Of a DNA stretch of 64,000 nucleotides, positions 33,205 to 41,719 are shown piece by piece (the first letter of the stretch is position 1; every line of letters starts with the position of its first letter). Below the pieces are notes generated by a model that saw only the letters and a program-made list of their open reading frames with translations, was not told the origin of the DNA and made no database searches. The stretch covers positions 35,885-99,884 of the forward strand of contig WGMJ01000010.1 of the NCBI GenBank assembly GCA_016125135.1, written 5' to 3'. The position numbers were made by a program, and so were the translations under genes. Origin of the DNA: Alphaproteobacteria bacterium (lineage in GTDB: Bacteria > Pseudomonadota > Alphaproteobacteria > Micavibrionales > Micavibrionaceae).

Positions 33205-35634
33205 TCAATGCCGGACGATGGTTTTTTCCGAGTTTTCGGTGGATTTTGCCGGTAAGTCACTGATTTCGCTTGGTTTCTCTGTGCTCAGCGGCGTTGGCAT
33301 AGTTACCAGAACATGGTGCAAAACCTCCTCGATTGTGCTTACGGGCACGATTTCGAGGCCTTTTTTCACGTTTGCAGGGATGTCAGCAAGGTCTTTTGCG
33401 TTATCCGCCGGAATAAGCGCCTTCTTGATGCCGCCACGCAGCGCTGCCATCAGCTTCTCTTTCAGGCCGCCTATCTCGGTGACGTAGCCGCGGAGGTTTA
33501 CCTCGCCTGTCATGGCGATGTCTTTACGGATGGGGATCTGGGTGAGGACCGAAATAATGGCGCTCACCATCGCGGCACCGGCGGAAGGGCCATCTTTTGG
33601 CGTGGCGCCCTCGGGCACGTGAACGTGGACGTTTGTTTCTTTCAGCTTCTCGTAATCAATGCCGAACTGTGCCGCACGGGATTTGATCAGCATCTCGGCA
33701 ACGGTGATGGATTCTTTCATCACGTCTTTCAGGTTACCGGTGGTGGTGACTTTACCGTCTTTACCAGGGAAGGTGACGGCTTCAATAGAAAGCAGATCGC
33801 CACCGGCTTCGGTATAGGCAAGGCCGTTCACAACGCCGATTTTATCTTGTTCGTCAATCTCACCGTATTTGTATTTGCGTACGCCGGCATATTTTTCAAG
33901 GTTGGACGGCGTAATAGACAAGCGTTTGCGGCCTGACATGAGGATCTCTTTCAACGCTTTGCGGCAGAGATTGCTAATCTCGCGCTCGAGGTTACGCACA
34001 CCGGCTTCCCGTGTGTAGTAACGGATCAGGTTCAGGATTGCTGCGTTGTTGATAGAGAATTCGCTGTCTTTCAGGCCGGTCGCTTTCATCTGCTTCTTGA
34101 GCAAATGTTTCAGCACAATCTGTAATTTCTCATCTTCGGTATAGCCGGGGATGCGGATAATCTCCATGCGGTCAAGTAACGGGCGCGGCAGGCTCAGCGA
34201 GTTTGCCGTACAGATAAACATGACTTGCGAGAGATCATAATCGAGATCAAGGTAATGATCGTTGAATGTATGGTTCTGTTCAGGGTCAAGAACTTCAAGA
34301 AGGGCCGATGACGGGTCGCCGCGCCAATCAGAACCAATCTTATCAACCTCATCAAGCAGGAAAAGAGGGTTATTGGTTTTCGCTTTTTTCATGCTCTGGA
34401 TAATTTTACCCGGCAATGCGCCAATGTAAGTGCGGCGGTGCCCGCGTATTTCGCTCTCATCACGTACGCCGCCCAAAGCGATACGCACAAAGTTACGATT
34501 TGTGGCTTTGGCAATAGATTGCCCCAGCGATGTTTTACCAACCCCTGGCGGACCAACGAGACACAGAATAGGGCCTTTAATGTGTTTTGTACGTTGTTGA
34601 ACGGCTAGAAACTCGAGAATACGCTCTTTGACCTTATCAAGGCCGTAATGGTCGGTATCAAGAATTTTCTTCGCAGCCTTGATATCGCTTTTCAGCGCGC
34701 TGTATTTTTTCCATGGCAGGCTAAGAACCCAGTCAAGGTAATTGCGGATAACGGTTGCTTCTGCCGACATGGGGGACATCTGGCGAAGCTTTTTCACTTC
34801 GCTACGGGCTTTGTCTTTCGCGTCTTTTGAAAGTTTGGTTTTCTCGATACGCTTTTCAAGCTCGAGCATTTCATTCATAAAGCCGTCATCGCCTTCTCCG
34901 GTCAGCTCTTTTTGAATGGCTTTCATTTGCTCGTTCAAATAGAAGTCGCGCTGGTTTTTCTCCATTTGCTTCTTCACGCGCGCACGAATACGGCGTTCGA
35001 CTTGCAGCACACCAATCTCGCCTTCCATCAAGGCATAGATTGTTTCCAAACGCTCGATGGGCGAAGCGGTTTCCAGCAGGCGCTGCTTTTCTTCAATCTT
35101 CAGAACCATGTGCGAGGCAATTGTATCGGCCAGTTTGTCTGTGTCATCGATCTGGTTAATTGCGACGATGACTTCCGGCGGGATTTTTTTGTTCAGCTTC
35201 ACATACTCTTCGAATTGCGAGATAACCGCACGGCCAATTGCTTTTGATTCATCATCGCTATCTTCATCAACTATCAGAATTTCGACATGGGCTTCGGCGT
35301 GGTCTGTGCTGTCATTGAAATGGGTGATGCGGGCGCGCTGCTGGCCTTCGACCAGAACTTTGACGGTGCCATCAGGCAGTTTCAAAACTTGCAGAACCGT
35401 GCCAATTGTTCCTGTTGTATGCAGGTCGCTGATTGGCGGGTCTTCCGTTACACCGGTTTTTTGTGTCACGAGTAAAACTTTTTTCTCGCCCGCCATCGCC
35501 TTATCCAGCGCCTTCACCGAACGCTCGCGGCCGACAAAGAGGGGGACAATCATGTGCGGAAACACGACAATGTCACGCAAGGGTAAGACAGGGTAGCTAT
35601 TCAAGGATGAAGGCGTCTCGGTCGTGGTTATCAT
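33205..35634 (-). CDS. lon: Lon protease (endopeptidase La)
   Basis: 809 aa. Walker A GPPGVGKTS and the catalytic Ser region PKDGPSAGAAM. Confidence 0.97.
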   Translation of the reverse strand: MITTTETPSSLNSYPVLPLRDIVVFPHMIVPLFVGRERSVKALDKAMAGEKKVLLVTQKTGVTEDPPISDLHTTGTIGTVLQVLKLPDGTVKVLVEGQQRARITHFNDSTDHAEAHVEILIVDEDSDDESKAIGRAVISQFEEYVKLNKKIPPEVIVAINQIDDTDKLADTIASHMVLKIEEKQRLLETASPIERLETIYALMEGEIGVLQVERRIRARVKKQMEKNQRDFYLNEQMKAIQKELTGEGDDGFMNEMLELEKRIEKTKLSKDAKDKARSEVKKLRQMSPMSAEATVIRNYLDWVLSLPWKKYSALKSDIKAAKKILDTDHYGLDKVKERILEFLAVQQRTKHIKGPILCLVGPPGVGKTSLGQSIAKATNRNFVRIALGGVRDESEIRGHRRTYIGALPGKIIQSMKKAKTNNPLFLLDEVDKIGSDWRGDPSSALLEVLDPEQNHTFNDHYLDLDYDLSQVMFICTANSLSLPRPLLDRMEIIRIPGYTEDEKLQIVLKHLLKKQMKATGLKDSEFSINNAAILNLIRYYTREAGVRNLEREISNLCRKALKEILMSGRKRLSITPSNLEKYAGVRKYKYGEIDEQDKIGVVNGLAYTEAGGDLLSIEAVTFPGKDGKVTTTGNLKDVMKESITVAEMLIKSRAAQFGIDYEKLKETNVHVHVPEGATPKDGPSAGAAMVSAIISVLTQIPIRKDIAMTGEVNLRGYVTEIGGLKEKLMAALRGGIKKALIPADNAKDLADIPANVKKGLEIVPVSTIEEVLHHVLVTMPTPLSTEKPSEISDLPAKSTENSEKTIVRH

Positions 35635-35699
35635 AATACTTTCCCAAGGGGTCTTTAGAGGGGCATGTGTATGCCCCCATTTTATATCACTCTAAAAGG

Positions 35700-35727
35700 A
35701 AATAGTTAAGGCTCGAATAATATCAAG
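35700..35727 (-). promoter_or_regulatory. Candidate RpoH (sigma32)-type promoter for lon: CTTG-N18-CTATTT
   Basis: On the minus strand, CTTG lies at 35727-35724 and CTATTT at 35705-35700. This fits the alphaproteobacterial CTTG-N17/18-CYTATNT pattern. Confidence 0.3.
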
Positions 35728-35745
35728 CCTTGGAAATCCTAGGTT

Positions 35746-36393
35746 TTAGGCCTTTTTATCGGGCGCAGCACCGGGGATTTCAGCACGGCTTGTGACCACA
35801 TGGTCAATCAGGCCGAATTCCTTGGACTCTTCAGCTGACATGAATTTGTCGCGCTCGAGTGCATCTTCAATCACTTTCAGCTTCTGGCCTGTGTGCTTGA
35901 CGTAGATTTCGTTCAAACGACGACGCAGGCTGAGGATTTCTTTTGCCTGAATTTCAATATCAGTTGCCTGACCACGTGCACCACCTGAAGGTTGGTGAAC
36001 CATCACGCGTGCATTTGGTAGTGCATAGCGCTTGCCAGCAGCGCCCGCTGTAAGTAGAAGTGAGCCCATAGAGCAAGCCTGACCGATACAAACTGTTGAT
36101 ACATCGGGCTTGATATATTGCATTGTGTCGTACATCGCCAAGCCTGCTGTTACAACGCCGCCCGGTGAGTTGATATACATAGAGATATCTTTGGTCGGGT
36201 TTTCTGACTCAAGGAACAGAAGCTGCGCGCAAATAAGTGTCGACATATGGTCATGCACATCGGCCGTCAAGAAGATGATGCGTTCTTTCAAAAGGCGCGA
36301 GAAAATATCGTATGAACGCTCGCCGCGGTTTGTCTGCTCGACAACCATCGGGATCAGATCCATAACAACTTCTTCGGGGTGCAGGTGACTCAT
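35746..36393 (-). CDS. clpP: ATP-dependent Clp protease proteolytic subunit
   Basis: Segments [23 protein letters not shown] and GQACSMGS (catalytic Ser), plus the downstream HQP segment. Confidence 0.97.
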   Translation of the reverse strand: MSHLHPEEVVMDLIPMVVEQTNRGERSYDIFSRLLKERIIFLTADVHDHMSTLICAQLLFLESENPTKDISMYINSPGGVVTAGLAMYDTMQYIKPDVSTVCIGQACSMGSLLLTAGAAGKRYALPNARVMVHQPSGGARGQATDIEIQAKEILSLRRRLNEIYVKHTGQKLKVIEDALERDKFMSAEESKEFGLIDHVVTSRAEIPGAAPDKKA

Positions 36394-36502
36394 AGTGGGT
36401 ATCCTTTTACTTTTTGATTCTTATGCCTAAATATCGCACGTAGAAGGTTAATAGACAATAACGGGAATATGAAAATAAATAGGGCGGCGCTTATTTATAT
36501 TT

Positions 36503-37228
36503 TTATATAGATGCCGAAGACAACTTATAAAGCTTATAAGGCAAGTTCGAAGGCTTTGTATTATTGGGCGTGTTCTTATCGGCAAAGCATATGCTGGTGT
36601 TGAGTGTAAATCCGGCCTCTGTAGCGATACGCTCTATGTCGTGGCTACTCCAGAAATAATCTGTTACTTCAGCGACCAGCGCATTATCGGCAGCGTATAT
36701 TTTTACTTGATAGGGTGTACCGCTTTTCACATTATTTTCAGGTGAAATACCTTCGTAATAAGCATGACGATAAAAAACATTCTCGGGGTTTGCAGTCACA
36801 ACAATAAGTAACCCATTTGGTTTCAGATGATGTTGGACATCTTTAAACGCGGCGTATAAGTCTTCTGCGGTGTTGATGGCGGGGGGAACAAAAATCATAA
36901 AGCTGATATCGAACCGCAGGCCCTCAGCTTCTTCCATCGTTGTACTGAATTGGAGGTTTTTATGTTGAAAATTCTCTTGGGCTGTTTCAATCATTTTTTC
37001 AGAAGGGTCGTAGCCGAAAGCCTTCATGGAATATTCTGTTGCTGCCTTGTAGGCCAGCCAGCCTGTTCCACAGCCATAGTCAAGTATGGAGGCGTTCTCC
37101 GGAGCTTCTGCCAGAAAGGGTTGTATAGAATGCCAGATAAGCTCTTTTTCGCCGCCTCGTTCCAAAGATAGCGTTTTAAATCCCGCAACATTCCTGTTTT
37201 GAAGATAGTCGTTCTGGTTTTTTGTCAT
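36503..37228 (-). CDS. Class I SAM-dependent methyltransferase
   Basis: Motif I ILDYGCGTGWLA. The gene is AT-rich. The start is uncertain (ATG at 37228 or GTG at 37261). Confidence 0.75.
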   Translation of the reverse strand: MTKNQNDYLQNRNVAGFKTLSLERGGEKELIWHSIQPFLAEAPENASILDYGCGTGWLAYKAATEYSMKAFGYDPSEKMIETAQENFQHKNLQFSTTMEEAEGLRFDISFMIFVPPAINTAEDLYAAFKDVQHHLKPNGLLIVVTANPENVFYRHAYYEGISPENNVKSGTPYQVKIYAADNALVAEVTDYFWSSHDIERIATEAGFTLNTSICFADKNTPNNTKPSNLPYKLYKLSSASI

Positions 37229-37286
37229 GAATGGTTTTTTATAATTGAAAAAACTGACCACTTAAAGACTAAAAAGTGAAAGATGA

Positions 37287-37922
37287 TTAAAACTCTTTCC
37301 CGTTATCCCAATGATACTGGAACTGCGTGTAATAGCTCTCGGCAAGTGTGGGGCTTTTAATTAATATAATTCTTATAGGGTCGCGCATTTTTATTAGCGC
37401 CACCTTGTCGCCGTAAATATAATAGGGCGCATGCGGCGTGACAGCGCTTTCAGGCACAAGCCGGTAATTCTTTGATGCCCATTTGCTTTCGTTTTTTGAC
37501 GGATCCGTGAGGAGCCCAAGCGTGCGGATATTCCGCTCGGTACGGCGCTTGAACATTTCCAGCATCTCTTTGGGGTAGAGTGATTTCCAGAGTTCATCAT
37601 CAACAGGGCTGATACGCACATCACCGCCTCCTTTGAGTGTTTCTTCAATGTCGCGCCAGCATTTCAGCATCGCCTCACGCCCCTGCCACAAATTCACGTT
37701 AAATGGCTCGCGTTTTATTTTAACGCCGGGGTCATCGGTAAACTCGATATCGTATTTCTCGAAAGTGAGCTGGATAATTTTCATCGTCTCGGCGCGCGGG
37801 TTACCAGCGCCTGATTCAATCTGCCCGATGGCGGCGGGTGAAATGCCACTAAGCTTTGCTAAATCCTTCTGTGTCCAGTCGAGCAGGGCGCGGGCGGCTT
37901 TCATTTGGGCGAGTGTAATCAT
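37287..37922 (-). CDS. XRE-family regulator with an uncharacterised roughly 140-aa C-terminal domain (paralog 1)
   Basis: MITLAQMKAARALLDWTQKDLAKLSGISPAAIGQIESGAGNP. Collinear similarity to 40573..41208. Confidence 0.8.
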   Translation of the reverse strand: MITLAQMKAARALLDWTQKDLAKLSGISPAAIGQIESGAGNPRAETMKIIQLTFEKYDIEFTDDPGVKIKREPFNVNLWQGREAMLKCWRDIEETLKGGGDVRISPVDDELWKSLYPKEMLEMFKRRTERNIRTLGLLTDPSKNESKWASKNYRLVPESAVTPHAPYYIYGDKVALIKMRDPIRIILIKSPTLAESYYTQFQYHWDNGKEF

Positions 37923-38055
37923 AGAAAATTCCTAGTTTCTTCACTTATAATATAGAAAAAATCTAAAATATTGTATTAAAACTATATTTTTCTTGGGTTT
38001 TGGGCGCCCCTCAGGCATAAATATTTCCATAACAAATTTAACCAAGGAGCGGGAA

Positions 38056-38445
38056 ATGAAGAAAGTAGTATCAACGGGTGTGTCGTTATCAGTGATGTCG
38101 GCAAAGGATGTGTTTAATGGCCTGTCTGAAAAAACGGCTACGACGATGCGGGAAATTGTTTTGCGAGGCGAAGCGCTGCCGGAGTTTTACAAGCTTCCGC
38201 CTATATTCAAGATAAACATTGTAAGGTCTGCAGCTGGCGCATTCGAAGCGGCGCGCGATCCTAATACGCATTTCGAGCTATACACAGAAAACGTATTTGA
38301 AACTTTTATGAACGGGGAGTTTCCACATGGCCTACGCGGTACCAAGGAGATGATTGAGGATTTGCGTGACCGTGAAGACACGCAGCGCTATGTGTTGGCC
38401 ATGCAGTGCCTGCGCAAAGCGTATGATGAATTTGTAGCGAAATAA
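38056..38445 (+). CDS. Hypothetical protein, member 1 of a three-gene tandem paralog family
   Basis: RBS aaggag. Shares the pattern E-I/M-x-x-G/N-x-x-P-x-F-Y-x-L...K...AA with the next two genes. Confidence 0.65.
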   Translation: MKKVVSTGVSLSVMSAKDVFNGLSEKTATTMREIVLRGEALPEFYKLPPIFKINIVRSAAGAFEAARDPNTHFELYTENVFETFMNGEFPHGLRGTKEMIEDLRDREDTQRYVLAMQCLRKAYDEFVAK

Positions 38446-38458
38446 GAGGGAAAGTAAA

Positions 38459-38833
38459 ATGGAGAAATTAGACGAAGAAACAGTATTGATACTGGAGGCC
38501 ATGATTAATAATCAGGCACCAAGGGCGTTTTATTCATTAAAGGCGCGCGAAACAAAACGTGCAGTTCGTGATGCGGCGAAACTCCTGCGGCAAGATGGAC
38601 GTATGCAGGCGGCCATTACCAAGCGTGATGAGGAATTGATTGCAAGATTCAACATGGTTGCGAAGGATGATTTTGGCGTGCCCATAGAGCAATATGGCAT
38701 TAGCGAGTATTTTCCCCACGCGTATCAAAGGTATTGCTTAGAGCCCCTTGCAGAAATTCAAAAAGAGGCGGCAAAGGATGCGCTTGCTAAAGCAACGGAT
38801 GCAATTATTAACCCCGTTCCCGTATACAAGTGA
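38459..38833 (+). CDS. Hypothetical protein, member 2 of the tandem paralog family
   Basis: EAMINNQAPRAFYSLKARETKRAVRDAAKLL. Confidence 0.6.
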   Translation: MEKLDEETVLILEAMINNQAPRAFYSLKARETKRAVRDAAKLLRQDGRMQAAITKRDEELIARFNMVAKDDFGVPIEQYGISEYFPHAYQRYCLEPLAEIQKEAAKDALAKATDAIINPVPVYK

Positions 38834-38841
38834 GGGCGTAA

Positions 38842-39207
38842 ATGACAGATCAACTCAAAGAAGCCTTTAAAGGGGCGTCCAAAGAGGCAGCCTTAGCCGT
38901 ACAGGAGATTGTTGTTTGTGGATACGTGCATCCGGATTTTTACTGGCTCTCTGCAAGCTCCAAACTGTATGTCATGGGAGGTGCCGCAATAAGGTTTGAT
39001 GCGGCATTGAAGCGGCAAAATGACCCGCTAGAAGATTATATGAATGGCTGCATGGCGGAGATGCTTGAAACACCTGCTCCTTTGAGCGGAGCTGATGATG
39101 CAATCGCAAGGATTGCAGAGATAAAAGAGGAGGCTACCCACTCTGCACGTGTCCTTGCATCGCGCTGTATGGATCAATCCTTCCGCGTTTACTTGGAGAA
39201 CAAATAA
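38842..39207 (+). CDS. Hypothetical protein, member 3 of the tandem paralog family
   Basis: QEIVVCGYVHPDFYWLSASSKLYVMGGAAIRFDAAL. Collinear with member 1. Confidence 0.65.
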   Translation: MTDQLKEAFKGASKEAALAVQEIVVCGYVHPDFYWLSASSKLYVMGGAAIRFDAALKRQNDPLEDYMNGCMAEMLETPAPLSGADDAIARIAEIKEEATHSARVLASRCMDQSFRVYLENK

Positions 39208-39236
39208 AAAAAGCGCCCAGATCGGGCGCTCATTTT
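39206..39236. terminator. Bidirectional terminator between the convergent units
   Basis: aaaaaaAGCGCCCagatcGGGCGCTcatttta. Confidence 0.65.
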
Positions 39237-40455
39237 AAGGCTGTTTCAATTCAGGCGCGGGCGATTTGGCAGGTAATCTCAACTTGTCAGGGTGCACCCA
39301 CTCCTGTGCTTTGAAGCCTTGTAATTGCGGTGGTGTATCATCAACCAGACGTTTGATATTCAACCCTTCCAGTGATGTTTTAGGCTTCATCTCGTCCCAT
39401 CTGCCATGCAGGCCGGCGCGCTCAATGGCTTCTTTCAAACGCTTGATGTTGTCTTCAATATTTCCACCTGTATATATTTCCGCCTCATCGCTATCTTCAA
39501 GTAGCTGTATATAAACATGAACCTGCAGATTTCCTTGTGCATCAAGCAATGTGCCATCAACATCATAAGCCACAATATCTGCAATTTCTTCTTCCGGCGC
39601 ACCTGTTTGTAGGAAGTTGGCGGGAACGGCAGATTCTCCGCCGCGTGCAATTATGAACTGCCGCAATTTCTCTACCGTTTCATCTGAATAGCGTCCTCCC
39701 TTATATACAACATCACCTGATACAAGCTTGTTGTAGAATTCTTCAGGCGTTGGTGATGAAAACATTGCGCTGCTGATGTCGCGAACGCGGCATAGAACGG
39801 CCTCGTTATTAAGTGCGGCAGGCATAAAGCGCCATGTATTCAAATGCGGGTTTTCTGCTAAGGCATCAATGTTCAGGAGTCCTATAGGGGTGAAAATTCT
39901 ATTTGAGTTAGGAACAGGGCCATTCCCGCCCAATGCTTCCAGTCGCTTTATCATTTCATTGATGAGGATTTCTGCCGCAGGATAGAAATCGGGCGCTGAA
40001 AGTAGACTATCAAATGAATGCGGAAGCGCGGCTGTACTTAACTCCTGCCCGTATTTCTCGAACAGGTGACATACTTGATGCGTCCAGTAGCCTAGTAGTT
40101 CAGATTCGTAAAGCAGGGAGCCAAATTTGCCACGCTTGGAGGCATAAAAGAATTCTTCGGCATATTTCTCTCCGTGATAATCTACATAGTGCTCCCATAT
40201 ATTGCTGCTCCTAGCTTTAAGTTCATTAAGGCTGGAATTAACAAAGCGCTTTTCAGTCATCACTTCAGCTAGCATCTTCAGTGTGTAGGATTTTTCAGCG
40301 GCGGTGAAAGTATTATCACGAAGCAGGCGGTCAATTGCTTTTTCTGCTTCAAAAATACTTTTCTTATCTGACAGCATGTTAATTGCTTCAATGTCTATAC
40401 CGCCCACAATCTGGTTGGTGCCTGCTGCTGCCTGATGTTCTTGTTTGATAGCCAT
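39235..40455 (-). CDS. Hypothetical 406-aa protein with a C-terminal HAD-like motif set (DVDGTL ... IYTGG ... LVDD)
   Basis: ORF track. IADIVAYDVDGTLLD lies at aa 291-305 and LVDDTP at aa 370-375. The N-terminal 290 aa are unrecognised. Confidence 0.6.
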   Translation of the reverse strand: MAIKQEHQAAAGTNQIVGGIDIEAINMLSDKKSIFEAEKAIDRLLRDNTFTAAEKSYTLKMLAEVMTEKRFVNSSLNELKARSSNIWEHYVDYHGEKYAEEFFYASKRGKFGSLLYESELLGYWTHQVCHLFEKYGQELSTAALPHSFDSLLSAPDFYPAAEILINEMIKRLEALGGNGPVPNSNRIFTPIGLLNIDALAENPHLNTWRFMPAALNNEAVLCRVRDISSAMFSSPTPEEFYNKLVSGDVVYKGGRYSDETVEKLRQFIIARGGESAVPANFLQTGAPEEEIADIVAYDVDGTLLDAQGNLQVHVYIQLLEDSDEAEIYTGGNIEDNIKRLKEAIERAGLHGRWDEMKPKTSLEGLNIKRLVDDTPPQLQGFKAQEWVHPDKLRLPAKSPAPELKQP

Positions 40456-40572
40456 TTGTCCCTCTCTTGCTTTTTGTTTTGTATGAAGGGGAGGCTATAG
40501 CAGCGTTTACATAGTGTCAATTTTTATGTACTATAATACATTTTAAGTGTATTATTTACGAGGAAGGTTCAT

Positions 40573-41208
40573 TTGATAGACATTTCACAAATAAAAGCAG
40601 CACGTGCGTTACTGGACTGGACGCAGGCTGACCTCGCTGAAACCAGCGGGATATCGCAGCGGGCCATTGCCAAAATCGAACTGGGTAAGGGTAATCCGCG
40701 CGAAGATACACTTGTGGCGCTACGCGGGGCTTTTGAAAATAACGGCATCAATTTTATCGGCACGCATGGCTTGGAGAAAAAACAGGAACGCTTCAACATG
40801 ACGAGCTTCACGGGGCGCGATGGTATGTTCAAGGTCTGGGCCGATATTGATAAATGTTTCCCGCGTGGTGGTGAGATTATGCTTGCAAACCTTGATGACA
40901 GGCTGTGGGACAAACATTACCGCGCCGAGCTGATAGCGGAAAACAAGAAGCGCGATAAAAGGGGAATAACATTTCGCGGGCTTTTATGCGAAGGTGACAG
41001 CCATACGCTGAATAAGCCAGAATTCTACCGCACGGTCAGTAAGGACGCGTTTGGGGATATCCAGTACTACATCTACGCTGACCGCGTTTGCTTTATGATG
41101 TTCAATCAGGAGCCGTTTCGTTTCATCCTGATACAAAGTGCGGGGCTTTCCGATATGTTTCGTGCACAGTTCGAACTGAACTGGGCGAGAGGTAAGAAAA
41201 TCAAGTAA
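40573..41208 (+). CDS. XRE-family regulator with the same uncharacterised C-terminal domain (paralog 2)
   Basis: MIDISQIKAARALLDWTQADLAETSGISQRAIAKIELGKGNP. TTG start with the RBS gaggaagg. Confidence 0.8.
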   Translation: MIDISQIKAARALLDWTQADLAETSGISQRAIAKIELGKGNPREDTLVALRGAFENNGINFIGTHGLEKKQERFNMTSFTGRDGMFKVWADIDKCFPRGGEIMLANLDDRLWDKHYRAELIAENKKRDKRGITFRGLLCEGDSHTLNKPEFYRTVSKDAFGDIQYYIYADRVCFMMFNQEPFRFILIQSAGLSDMFRAQFELNWARGKKIK

Positions 41209-41716
41209 TGCGCGCCAAACACTGCCCATTTGTATCGCAGTGAAATAGAGCTGCTTGTGCCGAGAAAGGCTCAAGGGTTATTGCGGGCAGGTCAAGGCAG
41301 GTATTCTCACGTGTGCGTGCAAGGGTTATATGCGGGAAATAGTTATCACCATGCCCTGTGAGCGGCGTTAAGCCGGTGGTTTCGATAAAGAAATTGTGTA
41401 GTTGTAAAATCTCCGGCGTTTTTTCAATCTCAAGCCCATGCCATTCATATCCTGCGTGTCTGTCACCGCCTCCATGAATATAAAGTGCCTTTGAGTTTAT
41501 ATGGATAGGTGCGTGGGCAAGCGGGTTGCTGGCTTTTCCATGTAAAAAATCCTCCGTACATTCAAACTGTGCAACGGTGATATGCGGGATCGAATGAGGG
41601 GGAACACCAAGGGCTAGATGGCCCTCGGCAATGTCTTTAAAATACAGCTTACAGTAATTTACAATGGCGTTGTTCTCACGCGGGGGCAAGGGCAACGCGA
41701 AGTTATAGCGCGGCAT
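41201..41716 (-). CDS. 2H phosphoesterase superfamily protein (LigT / 2'-5' RNA ligase-like)
   Basis: Two H-x-T motifs (PHITVAQF and PHITLART) in a 171-aa protein. It starts 3 nt after the acnA stop. Confidence 0.7.
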   Translation of the reverse strand: MPRYNFALPLPPRENNAIVNYCKLYFKDIAEGHLALGVPPHSIPHITVAQFECTEDFLHGKASNPLAHAPIHINSKALYIHGGGDRHAGYEWHGLEIEKTPEILQLHNFFIETTGLTPLTGHGDNYFPHITLARTRENTCLDLPAITLEPFSAQAALFHCDTNGQCLARIT

Positions 41717-41719
41717 AAA

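Noticed and set aside
35660-35677. The hairpin GGGGCAT-gtgt-ATGCCCC between clpP and lon, considered as the clpP terminator.
   Set aside because: The U-tract follows the hairpin only on the plus strand, while both genes are on the minus strand. It more likely lies in the lon 5' leader, so it was not called as a terminator.
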